From: Candidatus Methanoperedenaceae archaeon
GTDB taxonomy: Archaea; Halobacteriota; Methanosarcinia; Methanosarcinales; Methanoperedenaceae
Direction: 5' to 3'
Assembly (NCBI GenBank): GCA_963753595.1
Contig: CAVWCX010000030.1
Coordinates: 1 to 64,000, forward strand
DNA length: 64,000 nucleotides
Program-made: the position numbers and the translations under genes
The notes under the pieces: model-generated
Database searches by the model: none
Seen by the model: only the letters and a program-made list of their open reading frames with translations
Told to the model about the DNA's origin: nothing
Shown: positions 18,369-28,151 of the stretch, piece by piece
Layout: each line of letters starts with the position of its first letter
How positions within the stretch are numbered: the stretch's first letter is position 1

Positions 18369-20899
18369 TTTATCCCTTTAAATTTAATGGTAAATTCTGT
18401 CCCTTCCTTTCGATTTAGATTGATTTCGCCATGAAGCTGGTTTTCTGCCAGTATTGTGACAAGATGCAAACCCAATGACCCGGTTTTTCTAAAATCCAGA
18501 TCTATTGGTATGCCAATGCCATTATCACTTATCACAAGTTCAAGCATATTTTCAGCTGTTTTACGAAACTGTATCGTAATTTCACCAACTCTACCTGCTG
18601 GAAATGCATATTTTAAAGAATTTGTGACCAGTTCATTAATTATCAAACCGCACGGAATGGCAAGATCAATATCCAGCTGAATGTTTTCGATATTCATGTT
18701 AAGTTTGATTTTCCCGGAATTTTTTACATAAGACTGAAAAAGGTTAGCTACCAGATCACTCAAGTAATCATATAAATCGATTCTTGCCAGGTCTTTTGAT
18801 TGATAAAGTTTTTCATGCACAAGTGCCATGGATGCTATCCTGTTCTGGCTTTCTGTAAATATTTCAATCACATTTTTATCTTTGATGAACTGGGTTTGAT
18901 GATCAAGGAGACTGGAAACGATTTGCATATTGTTCTTTACACGATGGTGGATTTCTTTCAGAAGCATTTCTTTTTCCTTAAGGGATGCCCTGATCTGTTC
19001 CTCGACCCCCTTGCGCTCTGTGATATCCCGCATAAAAACATAGAACCTTCCGCTTCCGATCCCCATATAATTGACACTGGCTTCAATTCTGACAATCCTG
19101 CCATTCTTGCATTTGTGACTGGTTTCGAAGCGGGCCCAGCCGACCTTTGAGATGTGCGCTATGCGTTGGGCAATGATTTCCCCGGTATCTATCACATCGA
19201 TATCTTTCAGGGTCATTTTAAGCAATTCGTCGCGACTATAACCTATTAAAGAGCAATAGGAATCATTGACGTCCAGGAGGTGACCCTGTGAATCAACAAC
19301 ATAAAAACCATCCATGGCAGTTTTAAGTATAGTTTTATATTCTAACTCCGCCTTCTTCCTTTGCGTGATATTCCTCGCAACTTCAATACCTGCAATAATA
19401 TTACCTGTTGAATCACTTAAGGGAGACGCTGTAATTTCAAAGTAATTTTTCTCTTCCCCTATTATCATGCACCTTTCTTCTGTATGAATCTTACCATCCT
19501 TAAAAGACATGTTAACAGGACATTCCTCGCAAATATGATCTATGTGTTCATATTTCTTGTAACAATACTCCCCTTTTTGGTCTCCCATAATATCCTGATG
19601 GATCTTATTCTGGTATAATACCTTAAAATCAGTGTCCTGGATGCTGATCGCATCTCCGATTGCAGCAATAATACTTTCCGTTTTGGCTTTTTCTTCTTCA
19701 AGCCGTTTCAAACTTCCTTCTATTGTCTTTTGCGCTTGCTTTTGCTCGGTTATATCACGGATTATAAATGATAGGCCCGTTAAATTATGATTTGAATCCA
19801 GCAACTGGGATGTTGTCAAACTCACGAAAATCTTACTGCCATCCTTACGGATCTTCTCTGTTTCTATCCCGAAAGCAGATTTGCCATCCAGGGTATCACG
19901 AATGATCCCTTCACCATGGGTCTGTAAATTCAATGGAACTATGAGACTTGAAAGTTTATTTCCCATTACCTCTTGCGCTTCCCAGCCAAAAAGTTCCTCA
20001 GCGCTGCGGTTCCATGAAGTTACCAGATATTCGAGATCCGTTGTTATTATTGCATCATTTGCGTTATCGAACAGGGTACGGTATTTATTCTCCACTCCTT
20101 TACGAAGCTTTTCTTCTACTATGGCCAGCTTTTCGTAAGGTAGTTCTATAGACGATTTATACAAACCAAGATAAAAATAGAAAAAACCGGTGATTATAAG
20201 AAAATGTCCTGAGAATTCAAAAGAAAAGTATACCAGATTACCGAAAAGCACGATCCAGGAGCCTTTTGCTAAATAATTCAAGTTATTCTGCCCTGTTTCT
20301 CTGGCCATTTGTGTATAAAGATGGCCTGCAACAAAAATAATAAATGAAATTACAAGCAATAAAAATACAGTAGCTGTGGAATAACTATTAAGGCCAAATT
20401 CACCAAAAGGAGAATTTTGATTAAAAAACACAAAAGCCAGGGAGACTGACAATATTGCCATTGTAAACAAAACCATGGAATATTTGTTGATCAATTTAGG
20501 AAGTGAATCTTTGTGCACATATACACTTGCAAATAATAAATAGGCCAGGATGATTCGGGATTCAAGAAAAAAAAAGGCTGCCTTATGAGATGAATTGGGA
20601 GTGATAAAATCCGGCATGAAAGGATAGGAAAGTAAATGAAACAGAATTAAAAATCCGGTAATAAGAAAAGAAGTACCCAAAAAAAGAGAATGATTATCCC
20701 TGCTTTTATTATATGCATACCACGTTATGGCAAAAATTGAAAGAGCAACGAAAACAGAGAATAATTCGGATAATATCTCAAACGTCTCTTCCAGTGATTG
20801 GGAGTTATTTAATCCTGATGAATCTATAGTTTCCTCTAAAATAAATCCCAGCAGGAAAACCGACACTATTACCGCCAATAACTTAAATAATGGATTCAT
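18365..20899 (-). CDS. Membrane (MASE3-like) multi-PAS sensor histidine kinase, HisKA_2 type
   Basis: N-terminal TM bundle, three PAS/PAC, EIHHRVKNN, NELVTNSLKYAF, DNGIG, GSLGL. Confidence 0.92.
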   Translation of the reverse strand: MNPLFKLLAVIVSVFLLGFILEETIDSSGLNNSQSLEETFEILSELFSVFVALSIFAITWYAYNKSRDNHSLFLGTSFLITGFLILFHLLSYPFMPDFITPNSSHKAAFFFLESRIILAYLLFASVYVHKDSLPKLINKYSMVLFTMAILSVSLAFVFFNQNSPFGEFGLNSYSTATVFLLLVISFIIFVAGHLYTQMARETGQNNLNYLAKGSWIVLFGNLVYFSFEFSGHFLIITGFFYFYLGLYKSSIELPYEKLAIVEEKLRKGVENKYRTLFDNANDAIITTDLEYLVTSWNRSAEELFGWEAQEVMGNKLSSLIVPLNLQTHGEGIIRDTLDGKSAFGIETEKIRKDGSKIFVSLTTSQLLDSNHNLTGLSFIIRDITEQKQAQKTIEGSLKRLEEEKAKTESIIAAIGDAISIQDTDFKVLYQNKIHQDIMGDQKGEYCYKKYEHIDHICEECPVNMSFKDGKIHTEERCMIIGEEKNYFEITASPLSDSTGNIIAGIEVARNITQRKKAELEYKTILKTAMDGFYVVDSQGHLLDVNDSYCSLIGYSRDELLKMTLKDIDVIDTGEIIAQRIAHISKVGWARFETSHKCKNGRIVRIEASVNYMGIGSGRFYVFMRDITERKGVEEQIRASLKEKEMLLKEIHHRVKNNMQIVSSLLDHQTQFIKDKNVIEIFTESQNRIASMALVHEKLYQSKDLARIDLYDYLSDLVANLFQSYVKNSGKIKLNMNIENIQLDIDLAIPCGLIINELVTNSLKYAFPAGRVGEITIQFRKTAENMLELVISDNGIGIPIDLDFRKTGSLGLHLVTILAENQLHGEINLNRKEGTEFTIKFKGIK

Positions 20900-21074
20900 G
20901 CTCTTTCCACCTGGTTTACCTGTCTTTTACCTGTGCAATCCAGGTTTTTGTTCATAATTTTTTCAAGTCTCATATATAATTTTTCAAAAGATTTCATGGT
21001 TATTTAAACTCACATGAATATATACTGGAGTGTGATGCTATGTATAAGAAAATAATAATAAGAAGGGCATCTTA

Positions 21075-21842
21075 ATGCGAATTTATATTGCGTATAATGG
21101 CAAATTCGGGGAACGCATAATAGGGAACCTGTTAAATTACAGGAATTTCTGTATTTCCTGTGATAAATTGTGCATTTTTTGCAGGGACGATAAGAATCTT
21201 GATTTTTCAAAAAACATTATCGGGATATATACACAACCTGAAAATCTTCCGGAATATATCGAAGAACCAATAAAGTATCTGCCTGCTGTCATTCCGGAAA
21301 ATGATGTAATATTAGCAATAAACCTGCATCCCGATATTATAACCGAAATTCCCGCAATGGCAAAAGATGCTGGAACGCGTTTGATCATAGCTCCTATTGA
21401 AGAACCGAATTGGCTGTCAGGAGGATTAAGGAACCAGTTAAAAGAGAAATGTGAAAAAGCCGGGATTGTATTTGCCGCTCCAAAACCATTCTGCTCCCTT
21501 AAGAAAGGTGATGATCCATTAATTGATTATTTTATAGAACAATTCAGGATAGGCTTTCCGAGATTTAAGATCGGGGTCCTGAATAACAATATTGCAACAG
21601 TACAAATCCTGAGCAGCCAGCCTTGCGGGTGCGCTTATTATGTGGCACAGAAACTTAAGAACACTCCGGTAGATGATAAACTGGATGAGGTCATATCAAG
21701 TGCGCACCATGCATATCCCTGCACTGCGGGGATGGAAAGAGATGCCGAACTCAAAGATACAATCCTGCATAAAGCAGGATACATTATCAGGGAAGCGGTT
21801 CATGAAGCATTATTGATCAAAAATAATAAATATTGTTCATAA
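21075..21842 (+). CDS. DUF166-family protein
   Basis: LHPD, PKPFCSL, QPCG, HHAYPCTAGM..LHKAG pattern. Confidence 0.75.
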   Translation: MRIYIAYNGKFGERIIGNLLNYRNFCISCDKLCIFCRDDKNLDFSKNIIGIYTQPENLPEYIEEPIKYLPAVIPENDVILAINLHPDIITEIPAMAKDAGTRLIIAPIEEPNWLSGGLRNQLKEKCEKAGIVFAAPKPFCSLKKGDDPLIDYFIEQFRIGFPRFKIGVLNNNIATVQILSSQPCGCAYYVAQKLKNTPVDDKLDEVISSAHHAYPCTAGMERDAELKDTILHKAGYIIREAVHEALLIKNNKYCS

Positions 21843-22245
21843 TCAGCTTCCGGCCTGTAAAGCGCAGGTTTTGGCTGCGCTTCGACAAATATCTCCTCAA
21901 TAATATGGACGCACCATCCTGAAATCCTTGAGATGGCAAAGATCGAAGTAAAAAGGTCAGGATCAATTCCCATTATATAATAAACAGACGGACTGTAAAA
22001 ATCAACATTGGGATAAATTATCTTTTCTTCGGTATCGAATTTTGTTTTTATCCATTTCCCTGCATTTCAATTTTATCAATTTCAATAAGCATTTTCATAA
22101 CTTCAGTATTGGCGCCGCCATGGATGTCCCCTGAAAATCCGGCTTTATATATCAAGACTCTTTCGAATTCTATCCCAACAGGCCACAGTGTTGCCATTTT
22201 AGATATGAGCCTGATGGATTGGTTTATTTTGGCATCTTTTGTTTT
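21835..22245 (-). pseudogene. Citrate synthase remnant with internal deletions
   Basis: Minus-strand pieces SGDIHGGANTEVMKML and IYPNVDFYSPSVYYIMGIDPDLFTSIFAISRISGWCVHIIEE..LYRPEADY. Confidence 0.8.
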
Positions 22246-22254
22246 GACCTGTTA

Positions 22255-23247
22255 CTAATTCACCATCGCATCCACAACCACATGCCATACACCTGGTGCA
22301 TATTTCTTGATCCTGTGCACCCCGATTATCCTGGCGCTTCTTCCCTGCTCTTTTGAAGCCTCAAGTATCCTTTCCAATGGACGCTGCTCGATAGCCTCCG
22401 GCACAGCCTCATGATAATGCAGGATGCCACCCGGTAACAGGGCGCTGATCCCTTGAGGAAGATATTCATGGCCATCAAGATATCCCATAATAACACGGTC
22501 TGCTATCCCGCAAGGAGTAACTTTTGTACAGTCTCCTGCTATGGGTTCAATGATATTCCCTGCCTTGTTGAGCGTAATATTTTCTTTCAAATAGCCAAAC
22601 GAAACAGGGTTTATTTCAATGGAAATTATTTTTTTGGGTTTTGAGTGAACTGCCATGGGTATTGAAAAATATCCGATCCCTGCGAACATATCAACAACGA
22701 TCTCATTCATTCCAAGCTTGCTCATTCGTTTTTTTTCAACAAGATTTCCCTGTGAGAACATAACCCGTATGGCATCAAGCTTGAAAAAGCAGCCGCTTTC
22801 TTTATGGATCGTTTCAGTGCGATTCCCGGCTATGATCTCGCGATGAGGCTCCCTCATCAGGCCGCGTATCCCCCTGTCAAGAAGCACACTTACGCATCCT
22901 GGATAAAGGCAGAGTAATGCTTCCCCTATCTCAAATTTTCGATGCTCCAGCTTTTCATTAAGTGTTACAATTATTATTTCCCCAAGTACCTGCCATCCCC
23001 GCGGCAATAATTTTTTCTCACTTTCAGGAATATTAATGCTGCTGGAGAGTGTTTTTTCCGGTAAATAATATTCAGGTTTGTCCTGCTCGACCAGAATAAA
23101 TTCATCTGATTCAAAAGATTCCTTAACAGGGATCTCGATGAAACCATTCTTTTTCACAAACTTCCTGGTCTTATCAAGAGCCGATCCTGAAAGTAGTTTT
23201 TTGCGGACGGATTCTGATTCTTCTGCACTTATGCGTACAGCTTTCAT
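22255..23247 (-). CDS. Trm5/Tyw2 (Met-10+) family tRNA modification enzyme, Taw2-like
   Basis: TIHKESGC.F.LD..VMFSQGN, VVDMFAGIGYF, EINP, KKYAPGVWHVVVD. Confidence 0.85.
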   Translation of the reverse strand: MKAVRISAEESESVRKKLLSGSALDKTRKFVKKNGFIEIPVKESFESDEFILVEQDKPEYYLPEKTLSSSINIPESEKKLLPRGWQVLGEIIIVTLNEKLEHRKFEIGEALLCLYPGCVSVLLDRGIRGLMREPHREIIAGNRTETIHKESGCFFKLDAIRVMFSQGNLVEKKRMSKLGMNEIVVDMFAGIGYFSIPMAVHSKPKKIISIEINPVSFGYLKENITLNKAGNIIEPIAGDCTKVTPCGIADRVIMGYLDGHEYLPQGISALLPGGILHYHEAVPEAIEQRPLERILEASKEQGRSARIIGVHRIKKYAPGVWHVVVDAMVN

Positions 23248-24242
23248 GAATTTCGGACAATATACAGGATATCGCTAAGGATCGAGCTTGCAGTTTCGAT
23301 CGAACCAGCGCCTCTGCCGCTGATAGTGATCCTTCCTGCAAGGTCTGTCAATATTGATGCGACGTTCAATGTGCCCCCAACAGCAAGCGGATGGCGCTTT
23401 GGAACAAGCCGCGGCGCTACTGTGAGTTTTCCCTCCCGTGCTTCGCAGATGAGTTTGACAACGTAATTATTCCTGTTAGCAAGTTCAAGCGCTTCAGGCG
23501 TTATTTTCGTGATGCCCGTAACATCAACATCTTTGTAAGTTGAATCCAGCCCGAAAATAGAATTTGCAATTATTACAAGCTTGATAGCAGAGTCAATGCC
23601 TTCGACATCGTATGTAGGGTCGGTTTCAGCTATCCCCAATTCCTGCGCTTCCTTAAGAACAAGATCATACGGCATTCTTTCCTCAGACATCCTTGTCAGG
23701 ATGTAATTGCATGTGCCGTTCAATATTCCTTCCATCCCAAAGACAGTGTTTCCTGCGAGTGTTTCATGAACAAGGTTAAAGATCGGGACTGCTCCGCCTA
23801 CAGTTGCTTCGTACCTGAAGAAAAGCCCGTTATCCTCGGCCGCCTCTTTCAATTCATTAAAATACAATGCCAGAGGCCCTTTATTAGATGTTACAACATG
23901 TTTTCCGGATTTGAATGCCAGGCGCATATTACTGAGTCCTGGTTCTCCATTATTGATATTTGTAGGGGTGGCTTCAACAACAATATCATGTTCCACATCA
24001 CGTATGATATCCATTGCATTCTTCGAACCAACTGCAACAGATCCGGTTTGTTTTTTTCTTAAAAGCGCGCTTTCAAGATCAATTCCCCTGATATTTATTT
24101 CACTGCCTCTTGAATCAGAAATCCCGACAACACGAAGGTCAATTCCATCTTTTTTAAGATATTCCTGCTTTGATAAAATAGAACGTGCGACACCCTGGCC
24201 TACTGCGCCAAATCCTATGATAGAAATATTTACTGTTCTCAT
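23244..24242 (-). CDS. hom: Homoserine dehydrogenase
   Basis: GFGAVG, VVTSNKG, EATVGGAVP, GILNGTCNYIL, GRGAG. Confidence 0.95.
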   Translation of the reverse strand: MRTVNISIIGFGAVGQGVARSILSKQEYLKKDGIDLRVVGISDSRGSEINIRGIDLESALLRKKQTGSVAVGSKNAMDIIRDVEHDIVVEATPTNINNGEPGLSNMRLAFKSGKHVVTSNKGPLALYFNELKEAAEDNGLFFRYEATVGGAVPIFNLVHETLAGNTVFGMEGILNGTCNYILTRMSEERMPYDLVLKEAQELGIAETDPTYDVEGIDSAIKLVIIANSIFGLDSTYKDVDVTGITKITPEALELANRNNYVVKLICEAREGKLTVAPRLVPKRHPLAVGGTLNVASILTDLAGRITISGRGAGSIETASSILSDILYIVRNS

Positions 24243-24751
24243 GATCCCACCGAATTCAAGCGAATAGGCTCTATCATAAGAAGGTCTTTCTTAATTGCAA
24301 CAGCTCTCAATATATCAAGTGCCCTGCCTAATTCTTTTTCACCAATTGCATTGATCACAAGATAAGCCGATGATGTTTTTTCAATAGCTGGCATTGAAAG
24401 CGACATATCCACGACTTCAGCAAAGCCGGTTGAATCAATTTTATCAATAGTATCTCCCATATCAGAATGAACGATATGCCCGATGAGAATAACTGAAACT
24501 GTTGACCTTAGCCTTTCTTCCCCTACCCTTGCTACTTTTACGCCGCTTTTTTCAAGACGGTCAATAAGCTTGTCCAAAACACTGTGTTCTATCTCAAATG
24601 TTATCTGTACCGGGATTGTCCCGCGCGGTGTTTTTTCATCATGCTGGTGGACAACGCTCATGATGTTCCCGTGGAATTCCGATATTGGCGAGAGCGCCAG
24701 CACCAGTTGTCCGGGGATATCCTTAAGCTCCATGGTCATCGAAACGATCAT
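24239..24751 (-). CDS. ACT-domain amino acid-binding protein (archaeal hom regulator)
   Basis: LKDIPGQL...GNIMSVVH; overlaps hom start. Confidence 0.85.
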   Translation of the reverse strand: MIVSMTMELKDIPGQLVLALSPISEFHGNIMSVVHQHDEKTPRGTIPVQITFEIEHSVLDKLIDRLEKSGVKVARVGEERLRSTVSVILIGHIVHSDMGDTIDKIDSTGFAEVVDMSLSMPAIEKTSSAYLVINAIGEKELGRALDILRAVAIKKDLLMIEPIRLNSVGS

Positions 24752-24773
24752 GTCCCCAAGTATGCACAGGTGA

Positions 24774-24926
24774 TTAATAAGTTTTTTTGGTGAAGTCTTT
24801 TTGTTGATGAGGCGCTATATATGAATCCATGCACCCCAGCGTACAGAACATCTTTTCCCTGACATGTTCACGCCTTACATATATTTCTTTGCTGCAATTC
24901 TTGCATTTGATTTCGATTATTTCCAT
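24774..24926 (-). CDS. Small TRASH-like metal-binding protein, 50 aa
   Basis: Not in ORF track: AAGGAG RBS, MEIIEIKCKNCSKEIYVRREHVREKMFCTLGCMDSY... Confidence 0.65.
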   Translation of the reverse strand: MEIIEIKCKNCSKEIYVRREHVREKMFCTLGCMDSYIAPHQQKDFTKKTY

Positions 24927-25105
24927 GTTGGATTCTCCTTTTTATCCATGTTTGGATGTATTTTAGCGTACGGAAAATTCAGGCAACTCCCGTTTCCCCG
25001 TATTCCAGAAATACCAAGCTAACACCACTTTCAGCTTATTCCAATACCACTAAGAGTTCTATAATGATGTTAAAGTTTATAAGATTTTGCTATCTGAAAA
25101 ATATA

Positions 25106-25582
25106 TCAATTTTGAACGTCTCTCCATGCAAGCAACCCTCCGGACGCGACCAGAGCACCCGCAAGTGCAACCATATACAGGCCGTATCCTGCCCCTGATT
25201 GCATGGATGCGCCCATAAAGTCGCCGGAGAATTCCCAGATGCTTCTAATATTGACTACCCAGCCACCAATCGTCAGGACTCCGCATATGAACATTGCCAT
25301 ACTCTGGATTTTATCCCGGAGAAATACTGCAACCGCTATGCTGACGATCCCCAGGGCAAGAACTCCCGGTCCCTGGAATTCCCAGCTTGCTTTTTCACTC
25401 CACAGGCCAAGCAGAAGCCCATTTCCACTGATCCAGCCAAGACCATTTACCGATATGCTTGACGCAATGCCAAGCACGCTTGCTTTTGCGCTGTACCATG
25501 GTAAAAAGACACTTATTATAGATACAATTCCACCAGACAAGGCAAGAATTTGTGCATTTCCAAATCCTTTTTTAGTTACCAT
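25106..25582 (-). CDS. Membrane protein (FLPW motif)
   Basis: 4 TM helices, SVFLPWY, GAGYGLY. Confidence 0.7.
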   Translation of the reverse strand: MVTKKGFGNAQILALSGGIVSIISVFLPWYSAKASVLGIASSISVNGLGWISGNGLLLGLWSEKASWEFQGPGVLALGIVSIAVAVFLRDKIQSMAMFICGVLTIGGWVVNIRSIWEFSGDFMGASMQSGAGYGLYMVALAGALVASGGLLAWRDVQN

Positions 25583-25641
25583 CCTGGCATTTCATGTATC
25601 TATAATATAAATTCGTTATCCCAGATCGAAACTGTCTGGAT

Positions 25642-25806
25642 TTATGATATTATTTTTCTTCCGGGTATTTTATAAGCCCATCTGTTGGAACTATTTATAT
25701 AATATATTTCTTCAGAATTCGCCTTTTCGATATATTGTATATTTCCTTCCTGTACTTCGCCCGAGTCAAGTTTGAATTTAACAGCATCACCAATAGTGTA
25801 TTTCAT
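25642..25806 (-). CDS. Small beta-barrel (SH3/KOW-like) protein, 54 aa
   Basis: Not in track: GGGGTGA RBS, MKYTIGDAVKFKLDSGEVQEGNIQYIEK...WAYKIPGRKIIS. Confidence 0.55.
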   Translation of the reverse strand: MKYTIGDAVKFKLDSGEVQEGNIQYIEKANSEEIYYINSSNRWAYKIPGRKIIS

Positions 25807-25821
25807 AGCTTCACCCCTGGG

Positions 25822-25935
25822 TCAATACTGATCCTGATCTATTTTTTTCGTCAGATCATTGTTATTTCTCATCGGGCAATCCGGACACAGCCTTCTGCAT
25901 CCTCTTTCATCTTCATTTTTAGCCTCATTCTTCAT
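25822..25935 (-). CDS. Possible 37-aa Cys-motif peptide
   Basis: MKNEAKNEDERGCRRLCPDCPMRN...; GAGGT upstream; abuts RBS of next small ORF. Confidence 0.3.
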   Translation of the reverse strand: MKNEAKNEDERGCRRLCPDCPMRNNNDLTKKIDQDQY

Positions 25936-26042
25936 TTTTATTCGACCTCAAACCTACAAAATGATATATTGTATTATATGAAATATCCGGTCAGAAAAAT
26001 GAGCATGAAATTTCTCGATCTTATGTTATAAAATCGAAATCA

Positions 26043-26789
26043 TTACATTCTCCTGAAACTCAGAACACCGATTCCCATCATCATAACAGCGAATAGCACC
26101 AGCATTCCCATATCAAAAAATATCGAAAAATGATTAATACCCAGAATTATACCGCGCAATGCGTCAACACCATAAGTTAATGGATTAAGGAATGTTACAG
26201 CAGTCAGCCATGGTGCAAGATTGCTCACAGGGAAAAGGGCGCCGCTAAAGAAGAACATGGGCCACATCACGAAATTTATCACAAGGCTGAACCCTTCCGG
26301 GCTTTTGAGGTTCGCACCTATCACAAGTCCAATGCTCACCATCGCTATTGATATAAGAAGAAGCATCAGGAACGCTTCCAGTACCACAAGAGGAGTGAAA
26401 GGAATACTTATAAAAAATCCGATTATAATAAGATATGCCACCTGTACCATCGCATCCGTTACACCTCCCAGCATCTTTCCAACAAATACGCTTGCTCTTG
26501 ATACCGGTGCAACAAGCACTTCTTTTAAGAAATCAAGTTTCCTGTCCCATATTATATACACCCCGAAGAAAAGCGAAGTGAATAATACGGTCATGACCAT
26601 TATTCCCGGATAAATAAAGACCTGGTAAGGATAGCCGCCCATGCTTTCCACTGATGAACCCAGGCCTCCCCCGAACCCGAATATCCATAAAAGCGGTGAG
26701 ATCAATGCAGAGACAAGCCGCTCTTTCTCACGCACATAGATCTTTGCTTCACGGAGCCATACTGCGTAAATACCTTCTATTTCACTCAT
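26043..26789 (-). CDS. ABC-2 type exporter permease
   Basis: LKEVLVAPVSR, FFSGALFPV, NPLTYGVDALR. Confidence 0.92.
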   Translation of the reverse strand: MSEIEGIYAVWLREAKIYVREKERLVSALISPLLWIFGFGGGLGSSVESMGGYPYQVFIYPGIMVMTVLFTSLFFGVYIIWDRKLDFLKEVLVAPVSRASVFVGKMLGGVTDAMVQVAYLIIIGFFISIPFTPLVVLEAFLMLLLISIAMVSIGLVIGANLKSPEGFSLVINFVMWPMFFFSGALFPVSNLAPWLTAVTFLNPLTYGVDALRGIILGINHFSIFFDMGMLVLFAVMMMGIGVLSFRRM

Positions 26790-27739
26790 TTTTTCATCAT
26801 CCTGTCCCAGAATCCGCCTTCGGCTTCACCTTCTCGTATCTCCCTGCCAGTGTAATGAAGGAACACATCATTTAATGTTCCTCTTCTTACCTCAACAAAA
26901 TCAATGGGACCAGTGTTTGAAAGCAGGTCTTGCAGATGTTTGCCTGCATCCTTTATCGAGATATAAAGAAGACCATCCTTTTCATCAGTTTTTATTACAT
27001 AATCCAGTTTCCTGATACTTTCAATATCCGGGATCTTTTGTTTTATCGTAACAACATCGCCTGCTATCCTGCTTATTAGCGCTCCTGGCGGGTCCAGAGC
27101 CACGATCTTTCCATAATCAATGATTGCCACCCTGTCGCAAAGCTGTTCTGCTTCTTCCATGTAATGAGTGGTAAGCAAAACGGTCATACATTCCTTTTGC
27201 GCAAGTTCTTTTATGTAATCCCATATGTGTTCTCTGGTCTGCGGATCAAGACCAAGTGTAGGTTCATCAAGGAAAAGAACTTTAGGATGATGCATTATCC
27301 CGCGGGCAAGTTCCAGGCGCCTGCGCATTCCCCCTGAATACGTATTTACAAAATCATCCGCCCTTTTTTCAAGGTTCACAATAGATAAGACTTCATCGAT
27401 ACGCTGTTTTCTTACTGCTCTGGGAACTTCAAAAAGGAGATTATGAAGAGCGAGATTTTCGCGCCCTGTGAGCAGGTCGTCAACACTTGCCTGCTGGAAG
27501 ACTATTCCAATGGATTTTCTCACTTTCCCTGGTTCTTTGACAACATCAAAACCATTGACCCATGCTCTTCCTGATGTAGGTTTTAAGATAGTGCAAAGCA
27601 TTGAAATAAGAGTTGTTTTCCCTGCGCCGTTGGGGCCAAGAAGCCCGAATATCTCTCCCTCGTTGACCGTGAGGTTCAGTTCGTTAACAGCGGTTATTTT
27701 ACCGAATGTTTTAGTGAGACTTTCGGTTTTGATGGTCAT
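26786..27739 (-). CDS. ABC exporter ATP-binding subunit (DrrA-like)
   Basis: GPNGAGKT, YSGGMRRR, LDEPT, TTHYMEEA. Confidence 0.93.
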   Translation of the reverse strand: MTIKTESLTKTFGKITAVNELNLTVNEGEIFGLLGPNGAGKTTLISMLCTILKPTSGRAWVNGFDVVKEPGKVRKSIGIVFQQASVDDLLTGRENLALHNLLFEVPRAVRKQRIDEVLSIVNLEKRADDFVNTYSGGMRRRLELARGIMHHPKVLFLDEPTLGLDPQTREHIWDYIKELAQKECMTVLLTTHYMEEAEQLCDRVAIIDYGKIVALDPPGALISRIAGDVVTIKQKIPDIESIRKLDYVIKTDEKDGLLYISIKDAGKHLQDLLSNTGPIDFVEVRRGTLNDVFLHYTGREIREGEAEGGFWDRMMKK

Positions 27740-27787
27740 GCCAATTAATACGCTTTTACAGATTAAAAAATTGATTGTCCGGATTTG

Positions 27788-28150
27788 TCACAGGTTTGTT
27801 ACATCACTTGTGCTTTCAACTACGATCTCACGGACATTCTTATATTGCGCTACTTTACCATTAATGCGTACTTTGTCGCCTGTTTTCAAAATATCATACA
27901 CTTCCTTTGCCCCGCTGTCTTTTGAAATGAATACCTTGACGTTGATATTTGAAATTGAGAGGATGAGGTTATCCCCTTTTGCTGTCATCTGTTTTGAGAG
28001 GATCGTTCCTTCCAGTGATACTCTCTCCCCGATCTTGGAATCCTCTGAATATGCGGCAACCTGTGGAATAAAACCAAAATAGGCGATAATAAGTGAAAGT
28101 ACTGCCATTGCCAGCAGTACCATCACTATTTTTTCTTCTTTTTGCAACAT
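27788..28150 (-). CDS. Membrane-anchored OB-fold protein
   Basis: N-terminal TM, IGERVSLEG..GDKVRINGKV..Y..EIV. Confidence 0.75.
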   Translation of the reverse strand: MLQKEEKIVMVLLAMAVLSLIIAYFGFIPQVAAYSEDSKIGERVSLEGTILSKQMTAKGDNLILSISNINVKVFISKDSGAKEVYDILKTGDKVRINGKVAQYKNVREIVVESTSDVTNL

Positions 28151-28151
28151 C

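Noticed and set aside
24774-24926. Small Cys ORF as ribosomal protein L37e/L24e
   Set aside because: Cys spacing and low basic content do not fit convincingly; kept as TRASH-like
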